Shown here: positions 1 through 14,030 of the stretch, in pieces
Layout: every line of letters begins with the position of its first letter
How positions within the stretch are numbered: position 1 is the stretch's first letter
Assembly: GCA_964016885.1 (NCBI GenBank)
Contig: OZ024750.1
Location: forward strand, 32,302,001-32,366,000
DNA from: Eledone cirrhosa
Taxonomy: Eukaryota
Direction: 5' to 3'
DNA length: 64,000 nt
Program-made: the position numbers and the translations under genes
Notes under the pieces: model-generated
What the model was told of the DNA's origin: nothing
Database searches by the model: none
The model's input: only the letters and a program-made list of their open reading frames with translations

Positions 1-410
1 TACGATTGCGAATACAAGCGGCCGAAATGGCAATCGCCCGAAGCGTCTTTGGAGTAACGTTACTCGATAAAGTGCGTAGCTCGGAGATCAAAGACTCACT
101 CCAGGTAGAACTGCTACTTCTCCGAATTGAGAGATCATAGCTCCGATACTATGTGGTAAGAATGTCTCAGGAATGAATCGCTGGACAGATTTTACGGACG
201 AAGCCAACAGGTAGACGACTCAGGGGTGGACCCCGTGCAAAATGTTTGGGTAACATCGATGAGCTTGGCTGGTCACGCTTGGGGATCCAGCCGAATCAGT
301 TGGAGACAATTGCGTCTGATAGGACCCACTGGAAGGAGTGTTTGAGGACTCTACCCCCACACACGCCCTCTCGGGAATATGTGGGCGAAGAATAGAAGAC
401 GAGACGAAGA
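1..410 (+). mobile_element. RTE-clade LINE 3' end (degenerate ORF C-terminus, GAA-rich tail)
   Basis: Frame from nt 3 reads RLRIQAAEM...TLLDKVRSSEIKDSLQVELLLLRIERS*LRY...KPTGRRLRGGPR...LGWSRLGI...IASDRTHW...LPP with in-frame stops. This is typical of the RTE/Rex3-like ORF end. Confidence 0.8.
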
Positions 411-475
411 AGTTCTACAGAGACTGCCAATCCTCCATCGAACAACAACAGCAACTACTTTTTCTTCTTCCCATT

Positions 476-886
476 CTGCTGCTACTAATGTTGCTGCTAC
501 TACTACAACTAATGCTGCTGCTGCTACTACTACACCTAATGTTACTACTACTACTAATGTTACTACTACTACAACTAATGCTGCTACTACTGCTACAACT
601 AGTGCTACTACCACTTCTACAACTAGAGCTACTACGATTACTACAACTAATGCTACTACCATTACTACAACTAATGCTACTACCATTACTACAACTAATG
701 CTACTACTACTACTACTACAACTAATGCTACTACCATTACTACAACTAATGCTACTATTACTACTACAACTAATGCTACTACTACTACTACTACTACTAC
801 AACTAATGCTACTACTACTACTACTACAACTAATGCTACTACTACTACTACAACTAATGCTACTACTACTACTACTACAACAAATG

Positions 887-940
<54 letters not shown>
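476..940. repeat. (ACT)n-derived trinucleotide array with recurring ACA ACT AAT GCT variants
   Basis: Direct reading; becomes pure (ACT)n at about 888-940. Confidence 0.9.
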
Positions 941-2751
941 GGGGATCTTCACGGCGTAATATTAAATGCTTACTTTTAAATCTGCGCTTCTTTTTTACAT
1001 TCTTTGCAATTTAGTTATGTTGTCTGGGATTTTTATTTAGAAACACAGAGTCTGTATAATCTTTCTTTGAAGTTGGTACTGTCATTGTAATTAGCTTTTT
1101 CTCGTGCCACTAGTAATTTATAAATACAAAAAGAACTGATGAAAATTGTGGTTTGTGAAATAACAAACAGTTAAAAACATCGTTAGAGATGAACGTTGCA
1201 TTATTTGTTCAATGGGGTTTAGATGGCATTCGTCGTCTAATCAGATGAAATGTTCGACTTGTTTCTCTTCACCACCAATCTCAACTATCTCGCTTCTGGG
1301 CCTTTTTAATGGTAAAAAAAAGAAGAAAGTAGAAAAGGAGGAAGTGGAAGAAGGACAGCAAAGGGAAAAAGAAAAAAAGAAAGAAAACGGAAACGATGAT
1401 AAAAAGGAGAAAATGTTGATGAAGAAAATAAAAAGAAGACGAAGGAGAACTGAATGACGTAATTAAGTTTTAAATATTCTTATGATTTGTAAAGTCTAGA
1501 CATTCAAATATCCTGGAACATCGAATATTTTCACAAATTCAGAAGCAATAATCTTCATTTGAAAATCTTAACATGTAGATAGTGTGTATTACGTTCATCC
1601 AATCATGAACTACATTCTGAAATTGGAAACTGGACACATTTAAGCTAGTTTATGGAATCAAATATCTGAACATTTTTTCTTTGCTATAATGGAATATTTC
1701 ATGATATATTGGATTTCATAATATTTATTTCCCAGATAAATCTCCTGAGTTATTCTAAATTTCTCTTACAAACTATTACCAACATATAAATTGAATTATG
1801 CATCTTTTAATGAAATAACGAACATAACACTATCATATCATAGCGATCAATCTCTATATTCCATATATACTAAGTGCCCGCTCTGCACTGCTTCCTCACT
1901 ATCGCCCCTCTCTTACAGATCTCTTCCTTGTTACCTCTGACGCATGAAGATTATTATGCTTGTAATATAATATAAGCATGGCATAACATATCTCCCTTCT
2001 CCTCTCAACTAAAGAAAATTGTTGCCTCCCCTATCACTCCTCCCCTTTTCCCTCCCTACCTATATGCATGACGGATAACCAGACAGGTAACAGATTTTCT
2101 TTCATGATATATATAGCATGTTATAATCGACAAACTATTGCTACTGAATGCACCAGAAAAGAAACGTATTTATTTCGATGTTTTCGTCTTAGGAAGAAGA
2201 AAGACCCCTTGGCTCACAAATCCCACATTACTGGGCTGACTAAGATTTAATGAAATCAAATGTTTTAGTTTGATACATTGTAGCTAAATGTTGATGGAGA
2301 AATACAGACAGGAAATTCCTTACGAAATAATGAATTTTTCAAAACGTTCCTGATAGTTACTGCTCTTGTTCGGTGAGATGAGCAAATGTGGAAAGATTAA
2401 GAGACGTAAAAAGTTGGATACAACATATATGCTGAGAGCAGGACAAGCTGAAATCAAAGTAATTGATCTGATAAAATAAAACGTGCTGATCGAACAGATG
2501 GTTAACACACTGAATCACCTACGGAAATTATTTTCCAAAAGGGAATAACCATATTTATGTATGGATCACGAATTGACATCCATGATAAGTTGCATTGTTT
2601 CGTACAGCCGAATCATTCACTATTTATGCTCCAGTAGATTGGAAAATAGCTTCTTACTATGTTACTTTATATAGACAACTGATCCAGTTGAAGTATATTT
2701 TAGTGATAATTTAGAAATTCGCATGGATTTTGTGAACATTTAACATTATGT

Positions 2752-2930
2752 GGATTTGCACTATCGGTAGAGGGTCGGACGCCATGCTATTTAACAAAGA
2801 GTTACGGCCCTTTATGGTATGATTTCAAATCCCTCTGAAGTTAACTTTGCCTTTCATCCTTACGGAGTCGATAAAATAAAGTACCAGTAATACAATGGGA
2901 TAATTGGTGGCTGTGTGCCAGAAGTAGAAA
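2752..2930 (+). mobile_element. tRNA-derived SINE, family 1
   Basis: Head ..ATCGGTAGAGGGTCGGACGCCATG, B-box-like TTCAAATCC, conserved body CTTTGCCTTTCATCCTTACGG.GTCGATAAAATAAAGTACCAG. Confidence 0.8.
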
Positions 2931-2936
2931 TAAAAG

Positions 2937-3125
2937 GGCGGCGGATTGGCAGTATCGGTAGGGGGTCGGACGCCATCCTTTGCAGCAAAGAGTTACGGCC
3001 CTTTAAGGTATGAGTTCAAATCCCGCCGAAGTTAACTTTGCCTTTCATCCTTACGGGGTCGATAAAATAAAGTACCAGTAATACACTGGAATAATTTCTG
3101 GCCGTGTGCCAGAAGTAGAAACAAT
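2937..3125 (+). mobile_element. tRNA-derived SINE, family 1 (tandem with previous copy)
   Basis: A-box-like TGGCAGTATCGG, B-box GAGTTCAAATCC, same conserved body. Confidence 0.85.
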
Positions 3126-3311
3126 TATATATATATATATATATGATGCCTTTGAGACTCATAACAACTATGTACCCTAAATGTTCTAAATGACTAGGAT
3201 TCTAGTTACATGTTTTCGACATTCCTTATACTCCGATGAATCCAGATTTCCTTCTGGAATAAACAATTATCAGCTAATAAATGTTCTAAACTAAAATGTG
3301 ATCGTTTTAAC

Positions 3312-3361
<50 letters not shown>

Positions 3362-3486
3362 TATATATAAATATATATATATATATAAATATATATATAT
3401 TTATATATATATATAAATATATATATAAATATATATATATATAAATATATAATAAATAACAAAGAACGCCTATAGCATATGCATAT

Positions 3487-3544
3487 CTTTACTTGCTAAC
3501 ATTGTTTCATCCGCACTATAAGTGGGACTCATCAGAGCATAAAG
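3487..3544 (-). ncRNA. Type I hammerhead ribozyme (PLE)
   Basis: Reverse complement of the HHR at 7692-7749. Confidence 0.75.
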
Positions 3545-4178
3545 GTTAATTACATACCATACAAGCAATAACAAATCCAAGACATTGAAGAATGAAAAAT
3601 AATAGAAGATAAAGGATATTAAGGAAGTAAAAGTAAAAATAAGAATAAAAATAAAAATAAAAATAAAAATAAAAATAAAAATAAAAATAAAAATAAAAAT
3701 AAAAATAAAAATAAAAATAGAAATAAAAATAAAAATAAAAATAAAAATAAAATAATAAAATAAACAATGAAAAATAAGGGGTGCTATCAGTCACAGTTGG
3801 GCGGGGTGCTGTCAACATATAGTTACATACAAGCATACACATGGATAAGAGAACAGACAAGAGTAGATAAGATAGATAGGATTAGGTAAGAGTAGGTAAA
3901 AAATAGGTGAAAAACAGACTTATAATATATATAAGAAAATATAAAGAAATATATAACAAACTTACATATAAAATATAAAGTATAAAATATACAGATAATA
4001 GTGATACAGGGTAAGGAATGAAATAAAATAATATAAAATTAAAATTAAAATTATATAAAATAGAACATAATATAATATAATCATAAAATAAGATAAAATA
4101 AGGTAAACTAAAATAAAATAAAATAGACTAAAGTAAAATAATATAATATAAGATATAATTAAATGTAATTAAATAAAA

Positions 4179-4229
<51 letters not shown>

Positions 4230-5844
4230 AATTAAATAAATAAATAAAATTAAAATTAAAATTAAATTTAAATAAATGAATAAATAAATAAATAAGTAAA
4301 TAAATAAATAAATAAATAAATAAATGAAATTAAATAAGTAAATAAATAAAATAAAATTAATAAAATTAGATAAAATGAAATGAAATAAAATAAAATAAAA
4401 TAAAATGAAATAAAGTAAATTGAGATAAGATATATATTTTTTTTAGAATATATCTCTTGAATATATCAGGGGCCCACGAAGGCACTAAGTGTCACAGTCA
4501 TCTGTGTCACTTGACCATTTTTTAAAAATATATTTCTTGAAGATATCAGGGGCCCACGAAGGCTCTAAGTGTCACAGTCACCAGTATTACTTGACCATTG
4601 CAAGGCAATGGAGGCGTCCCAGGTTGGGCAGTCTCAAAAGTTCACTCGAAAGTCACGGGTGTGCATTCACACAGTTGAGCGGTGGGGTAATCACAAACCG
4701 GTTCACACCCGGGCAGGAGTCCAATGGTCAAACAGAGGTGCATCGAAGGAAGGTAGGAGAATTCACGTGCATTAGCAAGCGAGGTGCAGGCGGGTTAGCC
4801 AAAGCAAGCAGACACAGTTGGAGCGCATACAAAAGATATATAAAAAGACAAAAGATATATAAAAAATAGCTTCAAGAGCTATGAAGTCACCGCATTGGGA
4901 CATCACAAGATCGTACACATCAATATGTTCAGCACGTGTATGCACATATACACACCACATGCATATGCAGAGACGGTATACATATATATATATATATTTT
5001 TTTATATACAGACATATACAACCACCTACACCCAAACACATATAAATGTATACACAGACACACACGCACACACACACAGCGTAGGACACCCGGGTCAAAG
5101 CTAATATTAAACACCGAAATACCACATTAGGCAAGACCCACCACCACGGATAATACATTCAAAATAAATACATACGATGAGATGTAGTAAAATAAAGTTG
5201 AATTCCTACGGAGATAATCATGTCCGCACGTGCCATTGCCCGATTCAAGTGTACACAGACCGTTAGTAACTACGGAGGGCTATCGGGGCCAAAACGTTAC
5301 TTTCGGGATCATAACAACGACCGTCAATATATGGAAGGCCGATCGTGCTAGAAAGACTACAACCCCGGGCAAGAGCTCCCAGAAGTCAGCCTGTAGATCT
5401 TAAACCACAGAATATGAGGGCAACACGTACATGCGCCACGTATCTACTGCTTACGGCCGGATGGCACAGGTCCGCCCACAGTTACAGGCTAAATTTCTAT
5501 TAGTGCAGCCTATATCACAGTACACGCTCCACATAGATACATTACATCACAACTCATGCGCATACAGAGGTACAGATCCACAAGATATGCGTCAGGATAG
5601 ACCCACCAATGCACCAATGGTGGGTAGGCGAGCGTGGATGGGTTACATCCGCTGTGCCAAACAGGGGTGCTTATTAACATACACACCCACTCACCTGTAC
5701 ACCCCAGTATCCAGATCAATATCCTCCCGCAGACATACGTATACACTCACCGACTCATATACATAGAAGACCAACAATAGGAGACAGTTACACACAATCA
5801 GAGACAGTTACACAAGATAGCCCAACTGGAGAAATAAGGAAGTG

Positions 5845-6213
5845 CTAGCTAACAGGTTTAAAGTAGAAGAAAGAGCTTAATATTCGGTGGGGGCAAGAGG
5901 AAAATATTTCAGACTTTCTATTTAGTAGAGGGCATTTAGCAAATATAATAGAGTGGGATTCGGCAAGGCATAGGTTACATACTCTATTATGAGGAGTATA
6001 TGGATGGGATTTAGCAACCTGCCGCCAAGTAAGTGTGTAATGTGTTCGTGCATTTTTTAAATTATGGACGTACGCTGCCAAGGAGGTGGAGTTCCTCAGT
6101 TTATTATGTCTAAAAGTGCATTGGTGAGAGTTAAACCTGGTCTTAAAGGGGGTGGAGGTTGATCCTATATAGGTTTTAGTGGACGCCGTAGTTACCACAT
6201 CACACGCATAAAC
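5845..6213 (-). pseudogene. 5'-truncated C-terminal GIY-YIG endonuclease domain of a PLE ORF
   Basis: VYACDV...TYIGST...FKTRFNSH...STSLAAYVHNLK...W...PY...CNLCLAE...LLNRKSEIFSSCPHR*. GIY-YIG motif with conserved R/H/E/N and CxxC. The part of listed ORF 5845..6450 upstream of 6213 is an artefactual fusion. Confidence 0.85.
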
Positions 6214-7020
6214 TGAGGAACTCCGCCTCCTTGGCAGCGTACGTCCATAATTTAAAAAATTACGCTGTGTGTGTGTGCGTGTGTGTCTGTGTATACATTT
6301 ATATGTGTATGGGTGTAGGTGGTTGTATATGTCTGTATATAAAAAAAATATATATATATATATGTATACCGTCTCTGCATATGCATGTGGTGTGTATATG
6401 TGCATACACGTGCTGAACATATTGATGTGTACAATCTTGTGATGTCCCAATGCGGTGACTTCATGGCTCTTGAAGCTATTTTTTATATATCTTTTGTCTT
6501 TTTATATATCTTTTGTATGCGCTCCAACTGTGTCTGCTTGCTTTGGCTAACCCGCCTGCACCTCGCTTGCTAATGCACGTGAATTCTCCTACCTTCCTTC
6601 GATGCACCTCTGTTTGACCATTGGACTCCTGCCCGGGTGTGAACCGGTTTGTGATTACCCCACCGCTCAACTGTGTGAATGCACACCCGTGACTTTCGAG
6701 TGAACTTTTGAGACTGCCCAACCTGGGACGCCTCCATTGCCTTGCAATGGTCAAGTAATACTGGTGACTGTGACACTTAGAGCCTTCGTGGGCCCCTGAT
6801 ATCTTCAAGAAATATATTTTTAAAAAATGGTCAAGTGACACAGATAACTGTGACACTTAGTGCCTTCGTGGGCCCCTGATATATTCAAGAGATATATTCT
6901 AAAAAAATATATATCTTATCTCAATTTACTTTATTTCATTTTATTTTATTTTATTTTATTTCATTTCATTTTATCTAATTTTATTAATTTAATTTTATTT
7001 ATTTACTTATTTAATTTCAT

Positions 7021-7060
<40 letters not shown>

Positions 7061-7691
7061 ATTTAATTTTAATTTTAATTTTATTTATTTATTTAATTTT
7101 ATTTATTTATTTATTTATTTTATTTAATTACATTTAATTATATCTTATATTATATTATTTTACTTTAGTCTATTTTATTTTATTTTAGTTTACCTTATTT
7201 TATCTTATTTTATGATTATATTATATTATGTTCTATTTTATATAATTTTAATTTTATATTATTTTATTTCATTCCTTACCCTGTATCACTATTATCTGTA
7301 TATTTTATACTTTATATTTTATATGTAAGTTTGTTATATATTTCTTTATATTTTCTTATATATATTATAAGTCTGTTTTTCACCTATTTTTTACCTACTC
7401 TTACCTAATCCTATCTATCTTATCTACTCTTGTCTGTTCTCTTATCCATGTGTATGCTTGTATGTAACTATATGTTGACAGCACCCCGCCCAACTGTGAC
7501 TGGTAGCACCCCTTATTTTTCATTGTTTATTTTATTATTTTATTTTTATTTTTATTTTTATTTTTATTTTTATTTTTATTTTTATTTTTATTCTTATTTT
7601 TACTTTTACTTCCTTAATATCCTTTATCTTCTATTATTTTTCATTCTTCAATGTCTTGGATTTGTTATTGCTTGTATGGTATGTAATTAAC

Positions 7692-7749
7692 CTTTATGCT
7701 CTGATGAGTCCCACTTATAGTGCGGATGAAACAATGTTAGCAAGTAAAG
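7692..7749 (+). ncRNA. Type I hammerhead ribozyme (PLE)
   Basis: CTTTA-TGCT|CTGATGA|GTCC-CACT-tat-AGTG-c-GGAT|GAA-AC-aat-GT-T|AGCA-ag-TAAAG. Full core, helix I with bulge, minimal helix III, GUU site. Confidence 0.75.
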
Positions 7750-7892
7750 ATATGCATATGCTATAGGCGTTCTTTGTTATTTATTATATCACGGCTCTCT
7801 CCTCAGACATCGAGCTAACCTTATACTGCCTGCTGGATAAGTGGAGTGTTATACACCCCTGATCCTCTCCCTAGTATACTATATAAATATAT

Positions 7893-8042
<150 letters not shown>

Positions 8043-8187
8043 ATATATATTTATATAGTATACTAGGGAGAGGATCAGGGGTGTATAACACTCCACTTAT
8101 CCAGCAGGCAGTATAAGGTTAGCTCGATGTCTGAGGAGAGAGCCGTGATATAATAAATAACAAAGAACGCCTATAGCATATGCATAT

Positions 8188-8245
8188 CTTTACTTGCTAA
8201 CATTGTTTCATCCGCACTATAAGTGGGACTCATCAGAGCATAAAG
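8188..8245 (-). ncRNA. Type I hammerhead ribozyme (PLE)
   Basis: Third copy, identical to the other two. Confidence 0.75.
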
Positions 8246-8303
8246 GTTAATTACATACCATATTTATATATATATATATTTAAATATATATATATATATA
8301 AAT

Positions 8304-8440
<137 letters not shown>

Positions 8441-8529
8441 AATATACATATATATATATATATATAAATATACATATATATATATATACAATATTAAATA
8501 AATGGAAAACTATATTTATAAAACCATAT

Positions 8530-8600
8530 TTATTTCATTATATATATTTCGGGGATATCATATTAACAATATGCTATGCCTTCATCAGACAAAATACAAT
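8530..8600 (-). ncRNA. Degenerate HHR-like motif in a dispersed repeat (second copy 37240-37308, +)
   Basis: CTGA(T/A)GA, long helix II (ATGCCATAT/ATATGGTAT in the 37 kb copy), then GAAA. Cleavage-site register is imperfect. Confidence 0.4.
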
Positions 8601-9077
8601 ATAAACAGTTTTTAATATTGTAAATATACTCCAAATATTTGTCGAGTGCTTTTATATCAGTTATAAATATTTACTAGTTGTAACCCAACAATTTTAAATA
8701 TAACTTTACATATATATATATATATATATAAATATACATATATATATATATATATATTAGAAAGTGAGGGTTTTTTACAAAATGAAAACAAATACGAGGT
8801 GTTTTACACGAGTGAAAGTATAAGGAAAAAAGATGAAATCGAAAATTCAACTGGTGTCTTCTATTTCACAAGAGAAAAACCACAAACCCTCCATCTCAAT
8901 TCTACTTTTGAAAAGCACAAGAACTGCGAAACCGGTAAAGGAGCCAAATAAATATATATATATATTTTTTAAAAGACTCCAGTTGCATTTTCGATTTCAT
9001 CTTTTTTCCTTATATATATATAACGGCGATGAATTAGTTTTGCGATGTTTTTGATATGAAATCGTGTGTCGAAACAA

Positions 9078-9507
9078 ATATTGTTATACTTGGAGAGGGT
9101 CATATTTGTGTAATAATATTGCCAGAATTAATAACAGAACACACTCACTGTTTGGTTGCTTTTTGCTTCTGTGTCTCTTATATCGGTTAATTTAATTTAT
9201 TCGGTCCTCAATGTTGCCATTGACTGACCAACGGTCAAAAATACAATGCAACGGGAGGAAACATAATAGCACCACTGACGATGTTGCAGATCTGCAACGA
9301 AAGAACTTTGATAGACTATATATATGTGTTTGTGTCTATATTGTTTCTGTATTTTTGACCGTTGGTCAGTCAATGACAACATTGAGGACCGAATAAATTA
9401 AATTAACCGCTATAAAAGACACAGAAGCGAAAACCAACCAAACAGTGAGTGTGTTCTGTTATTAATTCTGGCAATATTATTACACACATATGACCCTCCC
9501 CAAGTAT

Positions 9508-9515
<8 letters not shown>
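9078..9515. repeat. Inverted repeat (arms 9078-9245 and 9348-9515) with HHR-like core in the spacer
   Basis: Arms are near reverse complements. Spacer has CTGACGA-t-GTTGCAG-at-CTGCAAC-GAAA (9275-9302). Right end abuts (TA)n. Confidence 0.75.
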
Positions 9516-9557
<42 letters not shown>

Positions 9558-11615
9558 AAATATACTTTTTTAATATTATAATATCATAATAATTGTGAAT
9601 CGCTGAGGAATGAAAATGATATTTACATTTGTGAAGCGACCGAATGTAAATTGCACAATGCTGTGTATAACATTTGTAAAACCCTTTTTAAATTATAAAA
9701 ATAGAGTTAAATGTTTAAAATTTCGGGATATTAATACTTTAGATATAATCCTATTTCATAGGTTTGTTTATATCAAGCAACAATATACCAGAATTAAACG
9801 AAGCGAAACAAAATAGTATTTATGTTATTGTAAAGAAAAAGCAAAATGATATTTAAATAATCTATATTGAGAATATTTTAGCAATATTTTAGCAATATTT
9901 TGCATGTTTTCTTCCTCTTAGTGTATTCATATAATGTATATATTTCTTGGAAATATTTGTATCATACACTTTTGTCAAGTGATATATATATGAAAGATCT
10001 TCGCAATACGAGTGATATACGAATAACAAATAAAACCAAATTTAGAGACTAATATCTAATACATTTATCGATGAGATGTGATGGCTGTTCGTATAATAAT
10101 GACCAATAAAAGCAGGAAAAACTACCACAACACCCGTTCCAGTATAGATTAGCTAGATAAGATAAGATTAAGCTATACTTGCATCCCATTCACAAATCAG
10201 TCATCTATTATCTTCCATTATAACGTTTTTATTAGATTTGTCACCATTCTGAATTACAACTCGACGAAGCATGAATTTTTATTTTCAAAAGTTATTTTCT
10301 ATTACCACGATCATTTATACTTTTGGCACACGCTTTGTTTCTTTGTATCGAAATTATGACCAATAAACGAATACAGCAATGAGTTTAGATAGCGTAAAAC
10401 GTTAATTATACTGCTATATTTATCAATCATATCACACATCATGTCATTTCGAGATATATTTTCATTTAGAACTTTTAAATTTATTGTCTGCTGGTTCGAT
10501 CATGTGCTGTTTCACGTTTCAAGCATATAAGGTGAATAGATGCTTGTACCCCCAACATTCACAAAATTATTCAATAAATATGATCACAATGTAAGGGTCG
10601 AGATACGTTTGGTATATGTAACACTTAACATCACTTGGCGTTTATATAAACTAACACATAACTCCATCTATAACGGAATCTATCAAGCATTATGGAACAT
10701 AAACTACTCATCCGCAAATAGAAACATCAGTGAACAAGAGAATTATGAGTTAAAAAACAAGTCACTATGTGGAAGATTATCCTTCTAGAAATAGCAGCCA
10801 AATCTCTAAATCATATTCTATCACCTTAAATAAGGCCCCAGTAGAGAATGTATGCCTATATATCCCAGAAATATTGCACCACTTCATATAAATCATTTTC
10901 TGCTCAAAATATGTTTTAAAATAACTAGATAGCTAACACTTTTCAACTTTAATGCAACTCACTGTTTAACATCATCATTATGACAGTAATAAACTGAAAC
11001 ATCATTTTAAGAACTTCTTAATAATTCTACTAAATGTGCACCCGTGTGGCCACACACACACACACACACACACACACGTAGGCGAGCAATATAGAACTAA
11101 AAAAATGTCATAAATATTATATTTTGAGAATAACTCCAGTCAGCTCTACCCGATAGTTCAGTTTTATTTTATGATTTTGTATTCATAAAATCTTTTTATA
11201 ATTGAATATTCAAATCATAATGGATCGATGCTATTAAAGAATTTACTAATCATATTTCTATTAATTCACAATAACGCCAGCGCAGTGTCGGAAATACCAT
11301 TGATTGTCTCATGAAAGATAATTTGAAATATAAAAAAAAATGCTACAGATGTTTTTATTAGAGTAGCTAATTTGATTAGAGTTGTTTATTCGTAAAGTTC
11401 TGCTTCATTTAATATGGTTTCTATTTTATCGAACCCTCATATAAAAGGTTCATAGGGTGGAACGTTTATACGCTGACCAAGATACTCTCATGGAAGGACC
11501 ATATGAACTTTATTTTTGCACATAGTCCCTGGAAAAAAAATTGAAATTAATGCATGCAAGATTCCACAGCTCTAGCATCCCTCCACCATAGTCAACCGAT
11601 GAACTTTTCAGCCTG

Positions 11616-11681
<66 letters not shown>

Positions 11682-11853
11682 GATATTAACAAATGGAAAC
11701 TATATTTATAAAACCATATTTATTTTATTATACATATTTCAAGGACACCACGTTAAATTAATATCGTATGTTTACTCCAAATACTTGTTGAGTGCTTTAT
11801 ATCAGTTATAGAAATATTTGCGTGTTGTATCCCAACAATTTAAATAGAACTTT

Positions 11854-11908
<55 letters not shown>

Positions 11909-12599
11909 AAATGCAGTATGACATACAGGGATGCGCACACAAACACATACAAATACACAAAAATATATACGCTTTCGTGTTTTTCTCTCGTTTCCCACCA
12001 CCTCCTCATCATCATCATCCAATAAATGCCTCTTTCTCCACATTGATATCTGTCGTCTGTCTCTTCAGCATTGTTTTCCATCACAACACTTAATCCCGTC
12101 TTTGTTGTTAAACATTCTGCGTCTGATCTTATAATTTATTCAATATCTTCATCTCTCCTAAATATATTAGTTTCACTCTGTTCCCCCCGTCTATCCACAC
12201 TTTTTCTATTAATCCGAATCACCAAGATCCCAGATCTCATTCCCTTACTGAACCAAGGAAACAACATGTCCATTGGTATTTCCAATTGCTAATACTATTT
12301 ACCGGTCGCAACTCATCACCCGGCAGGGGAATCGAACTCACAACCTCACAATTGTGAATCCAAATCTCTAACTACTACGCCACGCACCTTCAGACACATA
12401 CTCGTCTCTTACACTGGTCGAATAATTTAATGCTCAGCTATCATTATATCTCACTTCTGATTCCCATCAAAGTAAATATTGTATGTCAACAGATAATGTT
12501 AGACTAATTTATCTCCATCCCTCATCGATGTCTACGCTGAAAGATAATGTTCTAGTTGGCAGTTTCAACTGCTGGGCCTCTTTCACGTTATCGTAATGC

Positions 12600-12830
12600 A
12601 GCTACAAATCTCTCCTACATTAATTATATCTTCCAGTTTAACACATGCCAGCCATTCATAGACTTTATTTCATAGGCGATCTGTTAGTAAATCTTCGTAA
12701 ACATCCTGCGACTGATCGCTAGAGATCGGATGTTTCTTAATACAATTATTTAATACAATATTTGCCCAGGGTACTTACAACGTCTTCTTAAAATCTAGAG
12801 CAATGACATCAATGTTTTCGTTATTTCCTA
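12600..12830 (-). mobile_element. Highly degenerate CR1/L2-like reverse transcriptase fragment
   Basis: Minus strand reads ENIDVIALDFKKTL*VPW, resembling the RT motif VDVIYLDFxKAFDxVPH. Confidence 0.4.
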
Positions 12831-13375
12831 TGTTATTGTTCAACTCTTAACAATATTCCTATTTTCTAGATTACAAATGTTTTATGCAACTATTGCACAC
12901 ATTTAGAAATAACAAACAGCAACTAAAAATAATGCCTATGTTACCGGGCAATAATAAACAATATGCGATTGAGAATGGGGACCCTTCTAAAAACCTATCA
13001 TACTCTAATTCCTTCCTAATCACAATTCCATTACTTGCGTATTTTATAGCACATATTTATATGATTTGAAGTTTTTTTCTCGGACACTTCATTTAGAATT
13101 AGCTTTCTATAAGGCAAACAGATTATACAGACAGAATTTGCTGTCTATCGACAGAAGATAAGGATAATTGTTTGTTGCTGGAAATGTTTCCTGAAGTTAC
13201 TTCCTTAGCAATGTAATCAGTAGATCTATATTCTGGAACAAACCCAAACTAACACTATTTATTTTCATCGATATAAAACGTTCATGTCTTAGTATAGCAG
13301 TTTATGAACTCTTATATAAATATATGTAAAAATATATTGATATAATGCATATTAATACACCCACACCCACAGCCA

Positions 13376-13436
<61 letters not shown>

Positions 13437-13536
13437 AAAAATCAGATAAATCTGTTTCCGCTATTTCTCTGTAAATATATAATAATACGTATATTCTTAT
13501 ACATATGTAACTCCCGCACATACCACACACACACAC

Positions 13537-13569
<33 letters not shown>

Positions 13570-13901
13570 AATGTAAGTATGTATGTATGTACACGTACAT
13601 ACATATATGTATATAGACGTACAGTAGTATGTATATATATACATACATGCACACACATATATATATGCACGTATCGGTTTACCGAACATTTATTATAATA
13701 CTCAGTTTGTTTATTTGTAAACAAGCAAACATCCCGGATTACGCCGTACAGTGTTTAGGCAACCACGTCACATTTTTTACGTGTACATACATACATACTT
13801 ACATTTAAGTAAGTGCCGTACTAAGAGTGAGAAATGAAATTTCGTTTCATTCTATTCCATTTATCGTTTTCGGTGCGCACAGCCGACTGAACTCACTCGA
13901 T

Positions 13902-13949
13902 ATGCAAATTAGGCTGCTCAGCCGTTAATATGCATAAGGAAAGTATATA
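13902..13949 (+). promoter_or_regulatory. Octamer + PSE-like + TATA block (putative snRNA-type promoter), family B
   Basis: ATGCAAATTAGGCTGCTCAGCCGTTAATATGCATAAGGAAAGTATATA; aligns with the family A block. Function is inferred. Confidence 0.5.
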
Positions 13950-13971
13950 CTTTCAGACGTCAACCATCTGG

Positions 13972-14030
13972 CAGGAATGTATACGATGCTGACGATAGTT
14001 AATAAGCTTGAAACTGGTACATCGTTCCTG
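13972..14030 (+). ncRNA. Type I hammerhead ribozyme (family B)
   Basis: CAGGAA-tgtat-ACGATG|CTGACGA|t-AGTT-aata-AGCT-t|GAA-AC-tg-GT-A|CATCGT-TCCTG; GUA site. Confidence 0.75.

Noticed and set aside
379-1014. Thr-rich mucin-like ORF with many N-A-T sequons
   Set aside because: Starts inside a LINE tail on a GTG and is an (ACT)n expansion. No signal peptide or splice evidence. A mucin exon cannot be fully excluded without RNA-seq.
3225-3275. CCGATGA-TCCAGA/TCTGGA-TAAAC HHR-like motif
   Set aside because: Both core halves are mutated and there is no helix I; at most a relic.
4489-4869. 126-aa ORF duplicated at 6476-6856
   Set aside because: Antisense to the PLE, GTG start, no recognisable domain. 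The duplication is simply the palindrome.
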